From assembly GCF_009914755.1 (NCBI RefSeq), contig NC_060934.1: 64,000 nucleotides of DNA; one strand, given 5' to 3'. A model generated the notes under the pieces. The model searched no databases, was not told the DNA's origin, and worked only from the letters and a program-made list of their open reading frames with translations. Source of the DNA: the human T2T-CHM13v2.0 reference genome, Homo sapiens. The translations under genes were made by a program, and so were the position numbers. The stretch's first letter is position 1; every line of letters starts with the position of its first letter. Positions 44,901 through 60,543 of the stretch are shown piece by piece.

Positions 44901-46021
44901 CCACCCAGTTCTTTGGTCTCCACCTCCTCTCCCTCTCTCATCCTCCCTTCTGAGCCTCTGTAAGGCCATTGTTCTATTTGGGACAGCTCTTTCTCCCCAT
45001 CCTTGGTCTACTCCTTTTTTATCTACTTATATGGCCTTGTGTGTTTCTCTTGGCCCCCTGACAACTGTGTAGAATCGCTACAGGTTTTTACAACCTTGGC
45101 TTTTTTTTTTTTCTTGATTAGAGGGGACTACTAGGGAGGAAATGGGTTCCTTTTGACTTTGACTTGATGATTTCTCGGGAGCCCAGTTATAGCGTGTCAG
45201 GAGTCTAGTTATACCTACTTTTCATCTGCTTCACCAAACACTGAGTTTTGTCCACAGAGATTTGTGAAGGAAGAAATAGGGAATGCAGTTTTCTAATATA
45301 TGATTGGTGATTGCTGAACTCAACTGTTCACAAAGTGTAACACTTACCATATTTTAATTATTGGCTTGCAGATTTGAGACCTAAATTAGACTCTGATTTC
45401 TTCATGGTCAAGGATTCTATCATTCTTGTTTTGACATCCTCAGGCTCTGACACATGGCCTGGAATAGAGTAGACGTGCTGTATGCTTGATGAATGAATGA
45501 AAAAATGTATATCTGCCATTATGTTACCCTGTGCTAGTTGTGTGTAATATGACAAGTTTTAGACAGACTCCGTGACCTTGAAGAAGTTACCATTTAGATA
45601 TGAAGATGGAGCTAACAAAATGGACAAAATTTGAACTCAGTAGTGATTTCCTAAGAGGAGAAGGGACAAGATTGTGATTGTATTTGTGGTCTGGAAGGCT
45701 TCATGAAGGACGTGGAAATTAATATTTGCATGAATTTGATTTTGAAAGCCAAGTGGAGAAGAGAAAACATTAAGGAGACAGAGGAAGGAGGGGGAACAAG
45801 GGTGGAAAAGGCTTTGACAGTGGGGAAAGAACAATATAAAATTCTGAGGTTCAAGTCTGGGCAGTTGCCTGTGGAATTTGGTGGGGGGGGGGTGGGGCTG
45901 AAAACTGGGAAAGTATAACACAGTGATCCCCAAACACAAATCTGCCAACCAGTGCACATTCCTGACCCCACTTTCTCCATCTGCTTCTGAAAGGAGAAAA
46001 CTGAGTCATCATGGTGTATTT

Positions 46022-46304
46022 CTTTTTTTTCTTTTTTCTTTTTTTTTTAACTTTGAGACAAGATCTCTGTCTCCCAGGCTGGAAAGGAGTTGCGTGATCT
46101 CAGCTCCCTTCAACCTCTGCTTCACGGGGTCAAGCAATTCTCCCTCCTCAGCCTCAACCATGCCTGGCTAATTTTTGTATTTTTAGTAGAGATGGGGTTT
46201 CACCATGTTTCCCAGGCTGGTCTCAAACTCCTGAGCTCGAGTGATCTGTGTGCCTCAGCCTCCCAAAGTACTGGGATTACATGTGTGAGCCACTGTGGCC
46301 CGCC
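46022..46304 (-). mobile_element. Alu with internal deletion
   Basis: Antisense Alu missing the gtagctgggattacagg block. Confidence 0.9.
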
Positions 46305-46526
46305 AACTTCTTACTTTAAAGAACTGTCCTTTGCTCTGCCTTAAGGCTTTTGTTACTCCTTGATCAATAATAATATTGATAACACTGCCTCACTGTGAGC
46401 CCGTGGGGTGGAGAGTGAAAAGAGTATGTCCCCAGGGGAGGTATGTATGTTGGGGAGGGGATGGTATGTATGTTGGGGAGGGGATGGTAAACCAGGATCT
46501 CAGGAAAACAGTGGAAAACCTGCTTA

Positions 46527-46975
46527 GGTAGTCATGGTGGCTCGTTCCTCTAATCCTAGCTATTCAGGAGGCTGAGGCAGGATGATCACTTGAGGCCAGG
46601 AGTTCAAAACCAGCCTGAGTAACATAACAAGACCCCCATCAGGAAAGAAAAAAAGGAAGGAAGGGAGGGAGGGAGGAAGGGAGGGAGGAAGAGAGGGAGG
46701 GAGGGAGGAAGGGAGGGAGAGAGGGAGGGAGGGGGAAGGAAGGGGAGAGGAAGAGAGGGATGGAAAGAGAAAGAAAGAGAGAAGGAGGGAGGGAAGAAAA
46801 GAAAAATGGAAGGAAGGGAGGGAAGGAAAGAAAGACAGAAAGAGGGAAGGAAAGCAGGAAGGAGGGAAGGAAGGGAGGGAGGGAGGGGAGGGGGGAAGGG
46901 AGGGAAAGAAAGACAGAGAAAAAGGGGGAGGAAGATAAAGAAGGAAGGAAAAGAAAGCAGGAAAGAAAGAAAAGA
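46527..46975 (+). repeat. FLAM monomer followed by a GA-rich polypurine tract of about 330 bp
   Basis: Single Alu arm to about 46645, then purine low-complexity sequence. Confidence 0.85.
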
Positions 46976-47444
46976 ATAACCTTCTTGATGATACAGAAAT
47001 CCTGCTCACACATCCCACAAACGTAGTAGCACATGCAACTTATAACAACGACTACTATTTCTGTTTCCCATGCTGGTTGCCACTACCAATACTATAAAGT
47101 GAGTAGTTGAACACGAGTACTTTTCCAATGACATCAGTGCTGTTGGCTCCCTACCCAGTATTCATCCAGGCTGTGACACCTGTCCAGAGTCATATATGTC
47201 AAGAGCTCTATACAATTGTGTGATATGCCTAATATGAAAAGCCAAAGGAACGCAAGCCTCTGGCAGTGATCTCATCAAATCTGCTCATGCATCTACTGTG
47301 TGATTCACCAAACCCACTTTGGAGAATTTATCATATGAACGAACCTGCTCATGTACAGAAAGGTGCAGGTACAAGATTACGCATTACAGCATGACTTTGT
47401 TTGTAATGTGCACATTGGAAACAACCCATAAGTTTATTAACAGG

Positions 47445-47748
47445 AGTCTGGTCAGGTACAATGTGGTACTATGAAGTCTGATTAGATACAACGTGGTACA
47501 ATGAAACCTGATTAGATATAACGTGGTACTACGAAGTCTGATTAGATACGACGCGGTACAACGAAGCCTGATTAGATACAGTGCGGTACTACGAAGCCTG
47601 ATTAGACACAACGCGGTACTACGAAGCCTGATTAGACACAACGCGGTACTACGAAGCCTGCTTAGACACAATGCGGTACTACGAAGCCTGATTAGATACA
47701 ATGTGGTATCTATGAAGGCTGATTAGATACAATGTGGTACTATGAAGC
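47445..47748. repeat. 30-bp minisatellite (attagatacaacgcggtactacgaagcctg)n, about 10 copies
   Basis: Exact 30-bp periodicity with one 31-bp unit; sits inside an old L1M 3' fragment. Confidence 0.97.
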
Positions 47749-48130
47749 TGTACAAAAGAATGAGGAAGGCTTCTATGTCTTGCTATAGAAAAACAGCCAG
47801 TATCATGTAATTAGGGAAGAAAGAGCAAAGTACAGGCTGACTTTAGTGTAAGAAAGAAAGAAAATAAGAAAGCATATTTATATTTGCTTGCAAGTTTTGC
47901 CATAAAGAAATTCTAGGAAACATAAACCATGAAGAAAAGTATTTGCAGGGACGGGGTGGTAAGAGGATGGGAACACGACAGATTTGATCTCAGGAACGGA
48001 TGGGTTTTGTTTTGTTACTGTATTACATATTTACTGTATTATTTTAGTATTTGATTCTTTATTGTTGACCACAGTGAATGTACTACGTATTCAGGGTTAA
48101 TAAATTAATTTAAAACTACAGCCAAAAGAA

Positions 48131-48187
48131 GAGGAGGAGGAGGAGGAGGAGGAGGAGGAGGAGGAGGAGGAGGAGGAGGAGGAGGAG
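48131..48187. repeat. (GAG)19 trinucleotide STR
   Basis: Perfect run of 57 nt. Confidence 0.97.
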
Positions 48188-48329
48188 AAGAACAGCTGAC
48201 CCCTCAGGTCTCTCTTATTGAAGACTTTATCTCTCCTGGGTTTGCTGGGTAGATACAAAACTCAGTGGCTCACAGTGGGAAGAAACTGCACTCCCCTCTT
48301 CTAGCTTCCCCTCCTGGGCTCATGCGCAT

Positions 48330-48330
<1 letters not shown>

Positions 48331-48360
<30 letters not shown>
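48331..48360. repeat. (CA)15 STR
   Basis: Seen directly. Confidence 0.95.
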
Positions 48361-48363
<3 letters not shown>

Positions 48364-48658
48364 CAGCCATGCTCAACTCCTTCTGGTTTCTTCAGCACCC
48401 CCATTCCTTCTTGCCCCTTGCTTTGCATGGATTCTTCTCTTTTCTGGAATGTCTGCCTCTACCTCCCCACCCCACCCTGCAAATGTCACCTCCTCCAGGG
48501 TGTCTCGCAAATCTCATCAGGTTGATAAATGTCACTCCTGCCTCCAATAGAGCACCCAGCTCTTTGTCTATGTGTCTCTTTCTCACTAAACCAAGACCCA
48601 GTGGAGGGCTCTGTCGTTGTCTTCTGCTTTCTTCCTCTTCCTCTTCCTCTTCCTCTTC

Positions 48659-48940
<282 letters not shown>

Positions 48941-50014
48941 AATCTTCTTTTCATCTTTGTGTGCTTTGTCCACATTTAGCATGCACCTGAGCTTGGGAAA
49001 TGTTTGTTGAATGAATAAAGGAAACTTGGTTAGTATGGTAGACCTAGACTTAGTTTACTTAGTACACTTTCATGTTGTCATTTCCTTTGAAATACCTGTA
49101 GCATCAGTCTGCAAAGGCATTGACTGGATGCAAGACATTAGACCAAGTGTGTACCTCGCTAAAGGGGAGTATTTTTAAAGAGCAGCAGAATATCGACTCC
49201 TCCATTGCCAAAAACATGTTGGGACACAATCATCTCTCTTTTTTATTTATTCATTTTGTGGGAATTATAATTACAAAAACTGGAAAAAAGCAACTGAATT
49301 TTACGCACTTGATGTAATACTATATTGATGCTTAATCTTTTCTTAGAGTACTGAATTCCCACGTTCTTGAATTCTTTGTGGCAAAAGAAGCAAGTTCGAA
49401 TCCATGCATTTCCCCTTCCTCATCTCTATTTCTCTATCTCAAAACCTCGCCTCTTCAAGGATCTCCCCGTTTTGAAAACTCTGCTCTCAAAAACTGGTAC
49501 AACCATCCTCCAGACACACTAAAAATAATTTTCCCTTGAAAAATTTTAAGGTTCATAATATGTAGCAATACATTTATTATATTCCTGAAGTCATCAGAAG
49601 GCACAATTAGCATTAATTTTGCCTTATTTCCTAAAAGTGCATCTCCCCCCCGCCCCCCCCCCCCCCCCACACACACAAAGCCAACACTTGCCTTCATCTT
49701 TGCTGTTCTGAATTAATGTATAATTTAGTGCCAGGCAAACAGTTCTGAAGAAATATTTATCAGATGAGTGAAGATTTATTTCTACAGAAATACTTAAATA
49801 GTGAAAAAAAAAAATCTTAGTCCAAACTCAAGGATCCTTTTTATTTTCTTTGGGGAAGATGCCAGAGCAACAAGTTGCATCCTAGTTTTCTAGGCTTTAA
49901 CCTGGGATCACAGAAGACCAGGGATAGAACAGAGGATGTGCTAACACTATGGAATATGATGCAGCTTCAGTTCCACCTGTCTCCACATCCCATGCTAGTC
50001 CCCCACCCTCGTGC

Positions 50015-50317
50015 TTTTTTTTTTTTTTTTTTTTTTTGAGACGAAGTCTCACTCTGTCACCCAGGCTGGAGTGCAGTGGCCCGATCTCGGCTCATGCAAG
50101 CTCTGCCTCTCGGGGTCACGCCATTCTCCCACCTCAGCCTCCCAAGTAGCTAGGACTACAGGTGCCCGCTACCATGCCCGGCTAATTTTTTGTATTTTTA
50201 GTAGAGATGGGGTTTCACCATGTTAGCCAGGATGGTCTCGATCTCCTGACCTTGTGATCCGCCCTCCTTGGCCTTCCAAAGTGCTGGGATTACAGGTGTG
50301 AGCCACTGTGCCGGACC
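50015..50317 (-). mobile_element. AluY
   Basis: gcaagctctgcc, cacgccattctc and gttagccaggatggtctcgatctc diagnostics; TSD cgtgcttt. Confidence 0.93.
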
Positions 50318-50935
50318 CGTGCTTTCTTTTACTCTATGGCATGAAGACAGAGAAGCCAGAAAAACATAAAGCTAATCCCCAGGGTGTGTTTTCTCCCTGA
50401 AGAGTTGCCAGATGTGTTTCAGACAGATGTTGGGGAATGTCCAGAGAGTTTTCGCCAAAAGCTGCAGGCATGTCTTTGGAAGGGTTTTGGCTAACGTCAG
50501 GCAGTGCTGGTCTTGTGGTTGATGCTGAGAGATACCAAATCCTAACAATGAGGCATCATCGGGTTCTTTAGGTGGTGCCGAAGGGCAGGTTGCCCGGCTG
50601 GCGGGGAGGAAAGCTTCTTCTCGCTGCAATACATGTGGCAGGTTTGCTTCACCCAGGAACAAACATACTGAACAAAATACGTAATCCATTTTCCCCTACA
50701 TGTCAGAGTTATCTCCATACTGAGTTCCCATTCCCTTGAGCAGAACAAAATTTACTCTTGCCAATGTACAATAAACCATCAATATGGGTTTTCTCAAAAA
50801 TCAAAGTGTTGCTTTCTTAATCAATTCAGGGTTCCTTGCCTTCCCACCTATCCATGGAGTTGGTTCTAAGTTCCATGAAGTCATCAGGGAATAGGGTGGG
50901 GGTGAGGGAGGAGCCACTGGTCTTGCCATCACCTG

Positions 50936-51390
50936 TGTTATGGACTGAATGTTTGTGTCCCCCCCAAATTCCTATGTTGAAGCTCTAACCCCCACTGCAA
51001 TGGTGTTAGGAGGTGACACCCTGTGGAGGTGATTAGGCTTAGATGAGGTCAGGAGGATGGAGACCTCATGATAGGATGAGCATCCTATTAAGAAGAAGAA
51101 GAGAGAACCAAAGAGCTCGTTCTCTCTCTCACTCTCTCTCCTCTCTTGTCTGCACACTTTCTCTGTCATTCTCACTCTCTCTGTCTCTGTCTCTCTTTGT
51201 TCCCTCCCCCATTCCCCCACCACTGAGAGAAGGTTGCCATCTGCCAGCCTGGAAGAGAGCCCTCACCAGGAACAAAATTAGCTGGGGCCTTGATCTTGGA
51301 CTTCCAGCCTCCAAAACTGTGAGACATAAATGTCTATTATTTAAGCCACTGGCCTGTGGTGTTTTGTTATAGAAGGCTGAGCTGACCAAT
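50936..51390 (+). mobile_element. MLT1A-like MaLR LTR
   Basis: tgttatggactgaatgtttgtgtccccccaaattcctatgttgaagc...ggacttccagcctccaaaactgtgag consensus. Confidence 0.88.
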
Positions 51391-51634
51391 AAAATCTGTC
51401 CAGGCTGGTCTGTGCACCATCACATCTGGTTTAGAACCATGTCTGTCTGCCTCTGTGCTGGACTCCACACAGTGGCACAACTGGCCACCAGTTATAAGGA
51501 TTATCCCTCTCCACCCAAGTCCCCTTCTCCCACCTGCAAGACCTCTCCAGGATTGCTGATTTTCCACATCACATCCCACCTCCTCGGTCACCTAGGGGAA
51601 CCTGGGCTCCTTCCTTCTCCATCAGGAGTGAGTC

Positions 51635-53895
<2,261 letters not shown>

Positions 53896-54009
53896 AAAGT
53901 TTTTCATATCTACATCTTTGTGGAAGATGGGAGTCTATGTGGAGGTGGGGCAGGGAGGGGACAGAAAGGTCTTTACCTGCTGTGCCTGATATTTTTGGCA
54001 GCCATGTGT

Positions 54010-54260
54010 GTTGTCCAAAGGCCATCCGTCTGCTGGAGAATTTCCTCTTGCTCTGGGGAGTTCAGTCTTTGTCTGATTCAGGACTTCAACTGATGGGATG
54101 AGGCCCACCCACATTATGAAGGAAAATCTGCTTTCCTCAAATCTCATTTCAATGTAAATCACACCCAAAAACCAGCCTCACAGAAACAGAATACTGTTTG
54201 ACCAAATATCTGGGTACTGTGGCCCAGTCAAGTTGACCCATAAAATTAACTATCTCACCC
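54010..54260. mobile_element. MLT2-like LTR fragment
   Basis: gatgaggcccacccacattatg...cccagtcaagttgacccataaaattaac consensus. Confidence 0.75.
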
Positions 54261-54329
54261 CCAGTGCTGGGTTGTGTCTGTTCTTTCCCAGTCCTCACCT
54301 TCCTCTCTTTCTCAACAGAACATGTCTGG

Positions 54330-54683
54330 TGTATTAGTCCATTCTCACACTGCTATAAAGATATACCTGAGACTGGGTAATTTATAAAGAAAAGAGATTT
54401 AATTGGCTCACAGTCTCAGCCTGTACAGGAAGCATGGTGCTAACATCTGCTTGGCTTCTAAGGAGCCTCCAGGAAACTTAAAACCATGGCGGCAGGCAAA
54501 GGGGGAGCAGGTGCGTCACATGGCCAGAGCAGGAGCTAGGACAGTACCAAGGGGATGGGACTAAACCATTCATGAGAAATCCACCCCCATGATCCAATCA
54601 CCTCCCACAAGGCCCTACCTCCAACACTGAGGATTACATTTCAACATGAGATTTGGGTGGGGAAACAAATCGAAAACATATCA
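54330..54683 (-). mobile_element. MST/THE1-type MaLR LTR
   Basis: tgtattagtccattctcacactgctataaag...catgagatttgggtgggg...atatca; 5-bp TSD tctgg/cctgg with one mismatch. Confidence 0.9.
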
Positions 54684-54920
54684 CCTGGTAAAAGGGAGGA
54701 GGACTCGGAGTGAGGAGACCAAAAAGAAGAGACCCACCCACCCCCACTGAGGGCTCCCAGCCTAATGCTGGTCAGTGTATAAGCCAAGGACTCTGGGAAC
54801 CACAATGCTTCTTCTGAATTCTGTGTTAAATTTCTCCATTCTCAGTAGAGCTGGTGGCTGCACTGCATTGTGAAGGTATTAAATGCCACTGAATCATTCA
54901 CTTTAAAATGAGTAACTTGT

Positions 54921-55218
54921 TGCCTGGGCGCTGTGACTCATGCCTGTAATCCCAGCACTTTGGGAGGCCAAGGCAGGCAGATCACCTGAGGTCAGGAGTT
55001 CGAGGCCAACCTGGACAACATATAGTGAAACCCCGTCTCTACTTTAAAAAAAAAAAAAAATTAGCTGGGCGTGGTGGCAGGCACCTGTAATCCCAGCTAT
55101 TCTGGAGGCGAGGCAGGAGAATCATTTGAACCTGGGAAGCAGAAGTTGCAGTGAGCTGAGATAGTGCCACTGCATCCCAGCCTGGGTGACAGCAAGACCT
55201 GTCTCAAAAAAAAAAAAA
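54921..55218 (+). mobile_element. AluS
   Basis: Full Alu within an L1M terminus. Confidence 0.95.
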
Positions 55219-56191
55219 TCATACTTTTAAAATAAAAAATGAAAATAAATAAAATGGCTAACTTGATGTTATATAAATTTTGCCTCAATGTTTAAAAAGT
55301 ATTTTTAAAAACAAAAGAAAAACCCATCTCTCATACTTCAATAGTGCTAATACAGTGAACTGACACAGTAATTCGGAATTTAAAATTTGCAACAATTGCA
55401 AGTAGGCTGGGATGGAGATATAGAGAAAAATGGAAAATAATAGAATAGTGTGTTTTCTGAAACAATCTGATGGTTGAGCTCCACAGTGGCAGCCCGTCTA
55501 ATAGGGGCTTGCAGCAGCAAATAATGAGCTTCAATGGCATGAACATTCTTTAAATGAGGACAGTTCTTTTGTGGAATGAAATCTTCAAAGCAGTTCAAGA
55601 TTTTTTAATTTATTGAAGATATTTGTCCCTGCAATTCCCAGATGCAAATGTGTTATTCTACTAAAATATCTTAAATGTCTTGTTGATGATGTTAATTCCT
55701 AAGATGTAGAGAAACCCTAAAAGAGGTCTACATGGCTGCATCCAGGGACTTTAATTGAAATTAAATGCGTACATCAATTAAGTCCACAATGCACAATAAA
55801 GGCAGCGAGAGTTTGCATGCTAATGATAGCAAACACTTCTATTTTGCTTACGTCTGCAAGGCATCATTCTAAGTGCTTTACTAACATTAACTCATTTAAT
55901 CCTCTCAACAACCGTACAAGGTAGAGGCTGTGATTATCCTGACTTTACAGATCAGCAGAGACAATGAGAGGTTAAGAACTTGCCCAACCTCACATGGCTA
56001 ATAAGTGGCAGACTAAGGTAGGCTTACTTTGTTTTTCTTCTTCTTCCCAAAATACTATTTAAGCCCTACGAATTTAAGCCTATGTGTGCGTGTGTGTGTA
56101 CATCCATGCATTTGTTTAATGTCAGGTTTCAGAATTTGTGACATGACACAATCTTTTTCAATGTGGCCGTGTTCCAAAAATAAAAAAGATC

Positions 56192-56445
56192 CCAGTGGGC
56201 GTGTTGGCTCATGCCTGTAATTCCAGTGCTTTGGGAGGATCACTTGAGCCCAGGAGTTCAAGACCAGCCTGGGCAACAAAATGAGGCCCTATCTATACAA
56301 AAAAAAATTAGCTTAACACGGTGGTGCATGTCTGTAGTCCTAGTTATTTGGGAGGCTGAGGTGAGAGGATTTCCTGAGCACAGGAGACTGAGGTTGCAGT
56401 GAGCCAAGGTCTTGCCACTGAACTCCAGCCTGGGCAACAGAGAAA
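56192..56445 (+). mobile_element. AluJ
   Basis: Diverged Alu whose tail expanded into a GA satellite. Confidence 0.9.
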
Positions 56446-56466
56446 GAAAAGAAAGAAAAGAAAGAA

Positions 56467-56537
<71 letters not shown>

Positions 56538-56613
56538 GAAGGAAGGAAGGAAGGAAGGAAGAAAAGAAGGTAGGAAGGAAGGTAGGAAGGAAGAAAAGAA
56601 AGAAAGAAAGAAA

Positions 56614-56645
<32 letters not shown>

Positions 56646-56951
56646 TAAAGAAAGAAAGAAAGAGGGAGGGAGGGAGGGAAAGAAAGAAAGAAAGAGAGAG
56701 GAAAGAAAGAAAGAGAGGAAAGAAAGGAAAAGAAAGAAAGAAAGAAAGAGAGAGAAGAAGGAAGGAAGGGAAAGAAAAGAAAAGAAGGAAGGAAAGAAAG
56801 AAAGAAATTAAGAAAGGAAGGAAGGAAAGAAAGAGAGACAGAAAGAAAGAAAGAAAGACAGAAGGGAGGGAGGGAGGGAAGAAGGAAGGAAGGAAGGAAG
56901 GAAGGAAGGAAGGAAGGAAGGAAGGAAGGAAGGAAGGAAGGAAGGAAGGAA
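56440..56951. repeat. About 510-bp (GAAA)n/(GGAA)n polypurine microsatellite
   Basis: Seen directly; ends in 17 consecutive GGAA (56884-56951). Confidence 0.97.
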
Positions 56952-59742
56952 TCCCCAGGGACTATTATGAATATCTCCATGCACACAAACTGGAAATTTT
57001 TGAAGAAATTGATAAATTCCTGGAAACACACAACCTTCCAAAACTGGATCAGGAATTGAAACCCTGAACAGACCAAGATCAAGCTCCCAAATTGAATCTG
57101 TAGTAAGAAACCTACCAACAAAAAGGAGCCCTGAACCTGATGGACTCACAGCTGAATTCTGCCAGACATAGAAGAATTCTACAAAGAGCTGGTACCTATT
57201 CTTATTCTACTGAAACTATTTTAAAACACATTCTACATAGCCAGCATCATTCTCATACCAAAATCTGGCAAAGACACACACAAAAAAGAAAACTATAGGC
57301 AGATATCCCTGATGAACATAGATTCAAAAATCCTCCACAAAATGCTAGTGAACCAAATCCAACAGCACATCAAAAAGTTAATTCACCACGATCAAGTATG
57401 GTTTATTCCTGGAATGCAGGGTTGGTTCAACATGTGGAAATTAATAAATGTCATTCACCATACAAAAAAAATTAAAAACAAAAACCATATGATTATCTGT
57501 ATAGATGCAGAAAAAGCTTTCAATAAAATCCAGCATCTCCTCATGATTAAAAGCCCTCAACAACCTAGGCATTGAAGGAACATACCTCAATAATAAGAGC
57601 CATCTATGACAAACCCACAACCAACATCATGCTGCATGGGTAAAACCTGGAAACATTCCCCTTGAGAACTTGAACAACACAAGGATACCCACTCTCACCA
57701 CTCCTATTCAACATAGTACTGGACGTCCTAGCCAGAGCAATAAGGCAAGAGAAATAAATTAAAGACATCAAAATAGGAAAAGAAGTCAAATGATTTTTCT
57801 TTGCCGATGATACAATTCTATACCTAGAAAATGCTCACAACTCCACCAAAAGGCTCCTAGAACTGATAAGCAACTTCAGTAAAGTTGCAGGATACAAAAT
57901 CAGTGTACAAAAATCAGTAGCACTTCTATACACCAATACTCCAGCTGACAGCCAAAGCAAGAACACGTCCCATTTACAGTAGCCACACACACACACACAC
58001 AAACACACACACAAAATACCTAGGAATACATTTAATCAAGGAGGTGAAAGATGTCTACAAGGAGAACTACAAAACACTGCTGAAAGAAATCGTAGATGAT
58101 ATTAAAAAATGGAAAACCATTCCATGCTCATGGATTGGAAGAATCAATATCATTAAAATGCCATACTGCCCAAAGCAAGATAGAGTCAACACTATTCCTA
58201 AGAAACTACCAAGATCATTTCTCACTGAAATAGAAAAAAGTATTCTAAAATTCATATGGAACCAAAAAAGAGTCTAAATAGCCAAGGCCACCCTAAGCAA
58301 AACAAAGCTGGAGGCATCACATTACCCAACTTCAAACTATACTACAGGGCTACAGTAACCAAACAGCACAGTGCTGGTATAAAAATAGACAAATAGACCA
58401 GTGGAACAGAATAGGGAACACAGAGATAAAGCTATGCACCTACAACTGCCTGATCTTTGACAGAGCTGACAAAAACAAGCAATGAGGAAAAAAACTCCCT
58501 ATTTAACAAATGGTAATGAGATAACTGGCTAGTCACATGCAGAAGATTGAAACTGGACCCTTACCTTTCACCATACACAAAAATTAACTCTAGATGAATT
58601 AAAGACTTAAATGTATGACCACAAATTATTAAAATCCCAGAAGAAAACCTAGGGAATATTATTCTGGACATCAGCGTTGTCAAACAATTTATGACTAAGT
58701 CCTCAGAAGCAATTCAGTGAAAACAAAAAATGACATTGGGACCTAGTTAAACTAAAGAGCTTCCACACAGCAAAATAAACGATCAACAGAGTAAACAGGC
58801 TATCAACAGAGTGAACAGACAAGCTACAGAACGAGAGGGAATATTCACAAACTGTGCATCTGACAAAGGGCTAATATCTGGAATCTATAAGGAACAATTA
58901 AACAAGCAAAAATCAAATAACCCCATTTAAAAGTGGGAAAAGGACATGAACAAATACTTCTCAGAAGAAGATATACAAGCAGCCAACAAACATGAAAAAC
59001 AGGCTCAACATCACTGATCTTTAGAGAGACGCAAATTAAAACCACAATGAGATACCGCCTCACACCAGTCAGAATGACTTTTGATAAAAAGTCCAAAAAT
59101 TACAGATGTTGGTGAGGTTGTGGAGAAAAGGGAACACGTATACACTATTGGCAGAAATGTAAATTAGTTCAGCCACTGTGGAAAGCATTTTGGAGATTTC
59201 TCAAAGAGCTTTAAATAGAACCTCCATTCAGCCCAGCAATCCCATTACTAGGTATATATCCAAAATAAATCGTTCTACCAAAAAGACATATGCACTTGTA
59301 TGTTTATCAAAGTGTTATTCAGAGAAGCAAAGACAGAATCAACCTAGGTACCCATCAGTGGTGGATTGGATAAAGAAAATGTGGTACATACACCCCATGG
59401 AATACTACACAGCCATAAAAAAGAAAGAAATCATGTTCTTTGCAGCAACGTGGATAGAGCTGGAGGCCATTATCCTAAGCAAACTAACACAGGAACAGAA
59501 AACCAAATATCACATGTTCTCACTTATAAGTGGGAGCTAAACATTGAGGACACAATAGACATGGGGGACTACTAGAGGCAGGAGGGAAGGAGGGGAACTA
59601 GGACCCAAAACTACCTATGCTCAGTACCTTGGTGATGGGATCACTCAAACACCAAACGTCAGCATCACACAATATATCCAGGTAACAAACCTGCACATGT
59701 ACCCACTGAAGCTAAAATAAAAGTTGAAATTAAAAAATAAAA
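56952..59742 (+). mobile_element. 5'-truncated L1P(B-like) with disrupted ORF2 (RT and C-terminal region) and 3' UTR
   Basis: ORF2p peptides MNIDSKIL...[16 protein letters not shown]...[17 protein letters not shown]...[14 protein letters not shown] and WIKKMWYI..MEYY; multiple stops and frameshifts. Confidence 0.95.
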
Positions 59743-59897
59743 CAATGCATCTCTGTCCCTAATAATGCATATGCCAATTCTGTCTAAATGGAGCCATACA
59801 ATTTAAATTCCTAATAAAGTCCATTAAATCTTCCTGCCCTTCTCTAGCTCCCCTCTGTTCCTCAGTTTATGCTCCCTCACTCTTAAAACTCCCCCCT

Positions 59898-60178
59898 GGC
59901 CAGGCATGGAGGCTCACACCTGTAATCCCAGCACTTTGGGAGGCCAAGGCGGGTGGATCACCTGAGGTCAGGAGTTCGAGACCACCCTGGCCAACATGGT
60001 GAAACCCCAACTCTACTAAAAATATAAAAATTAGCTGGGCATGGTGGCACACACCTGTAATCCCAGCTACTCAGGAGGCTCAGGCGGAGGTTGCAGTGAG
60101 CCGAGATCCCTCCACCACACTCCAGCCTGGGTGACAGAGCGAGACTCCATCTAAAACAAAACAAAACAAAACAAAAAA
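59898..60178 (+). mobile_element. AluS with right-arm internal deletion
   Basis: ggaggctcaggcggaggttgcag junction; (CAAAA)n tail. Confidence 0.93.
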
Positions 60179-60543
60179 CTTCCCTCCCATCCAATCTTGG
60201 CTTCTTGCTGCTTTTCAGCCATCTCTTTTGCTTTGTGCACTGCCAAAGTCTAAAACTAAAGCTTTTAACAAAAAGCTATCACAATGACCTCCTAACTAGT
60301 TTCTCTTCTGATTTTTCTCCTCTCTAATCTTTTTACGATATCACTAGGATTGTCTTCTTGCTCTTAAAAACAAATCAAAAACCACTTGAAATAGGTAATA
60401 TTAAGGAAATATGATTCATTATGTAAGCTGTAATAATGGTGTTGTGGTTACATAAAAAGATATTCTCAGTTGAGGCTACATCTTGAGTGTTTATAAGTGC
60501 AATGATTCAATATCTGGAATTTACTTTAACATACTTCAGGAAA

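Noticed and set aside
47445-47748. CRISPR-like 30-bp periodic array and ORF (LIRLRSTALY)n
   Set aside because: The units are head-to-tail with no unique spacers, there are no cas genes, and the context is a eukaryotic L1.
56258-57149. 222-aa K/E/R-rich and 287-aa F/L/S-rich ORFs
   Set aside because: Translations of the GAAA/GGAA microsatellite; the same applies to ORFs at 16281-16607 and 46560-47034.
56952-59742. Reverse transcriptase as an active element
   Set aside because: 5'-truncated, lacks the endonuclease domain and ORF1, and carries many stops and frameshifts.
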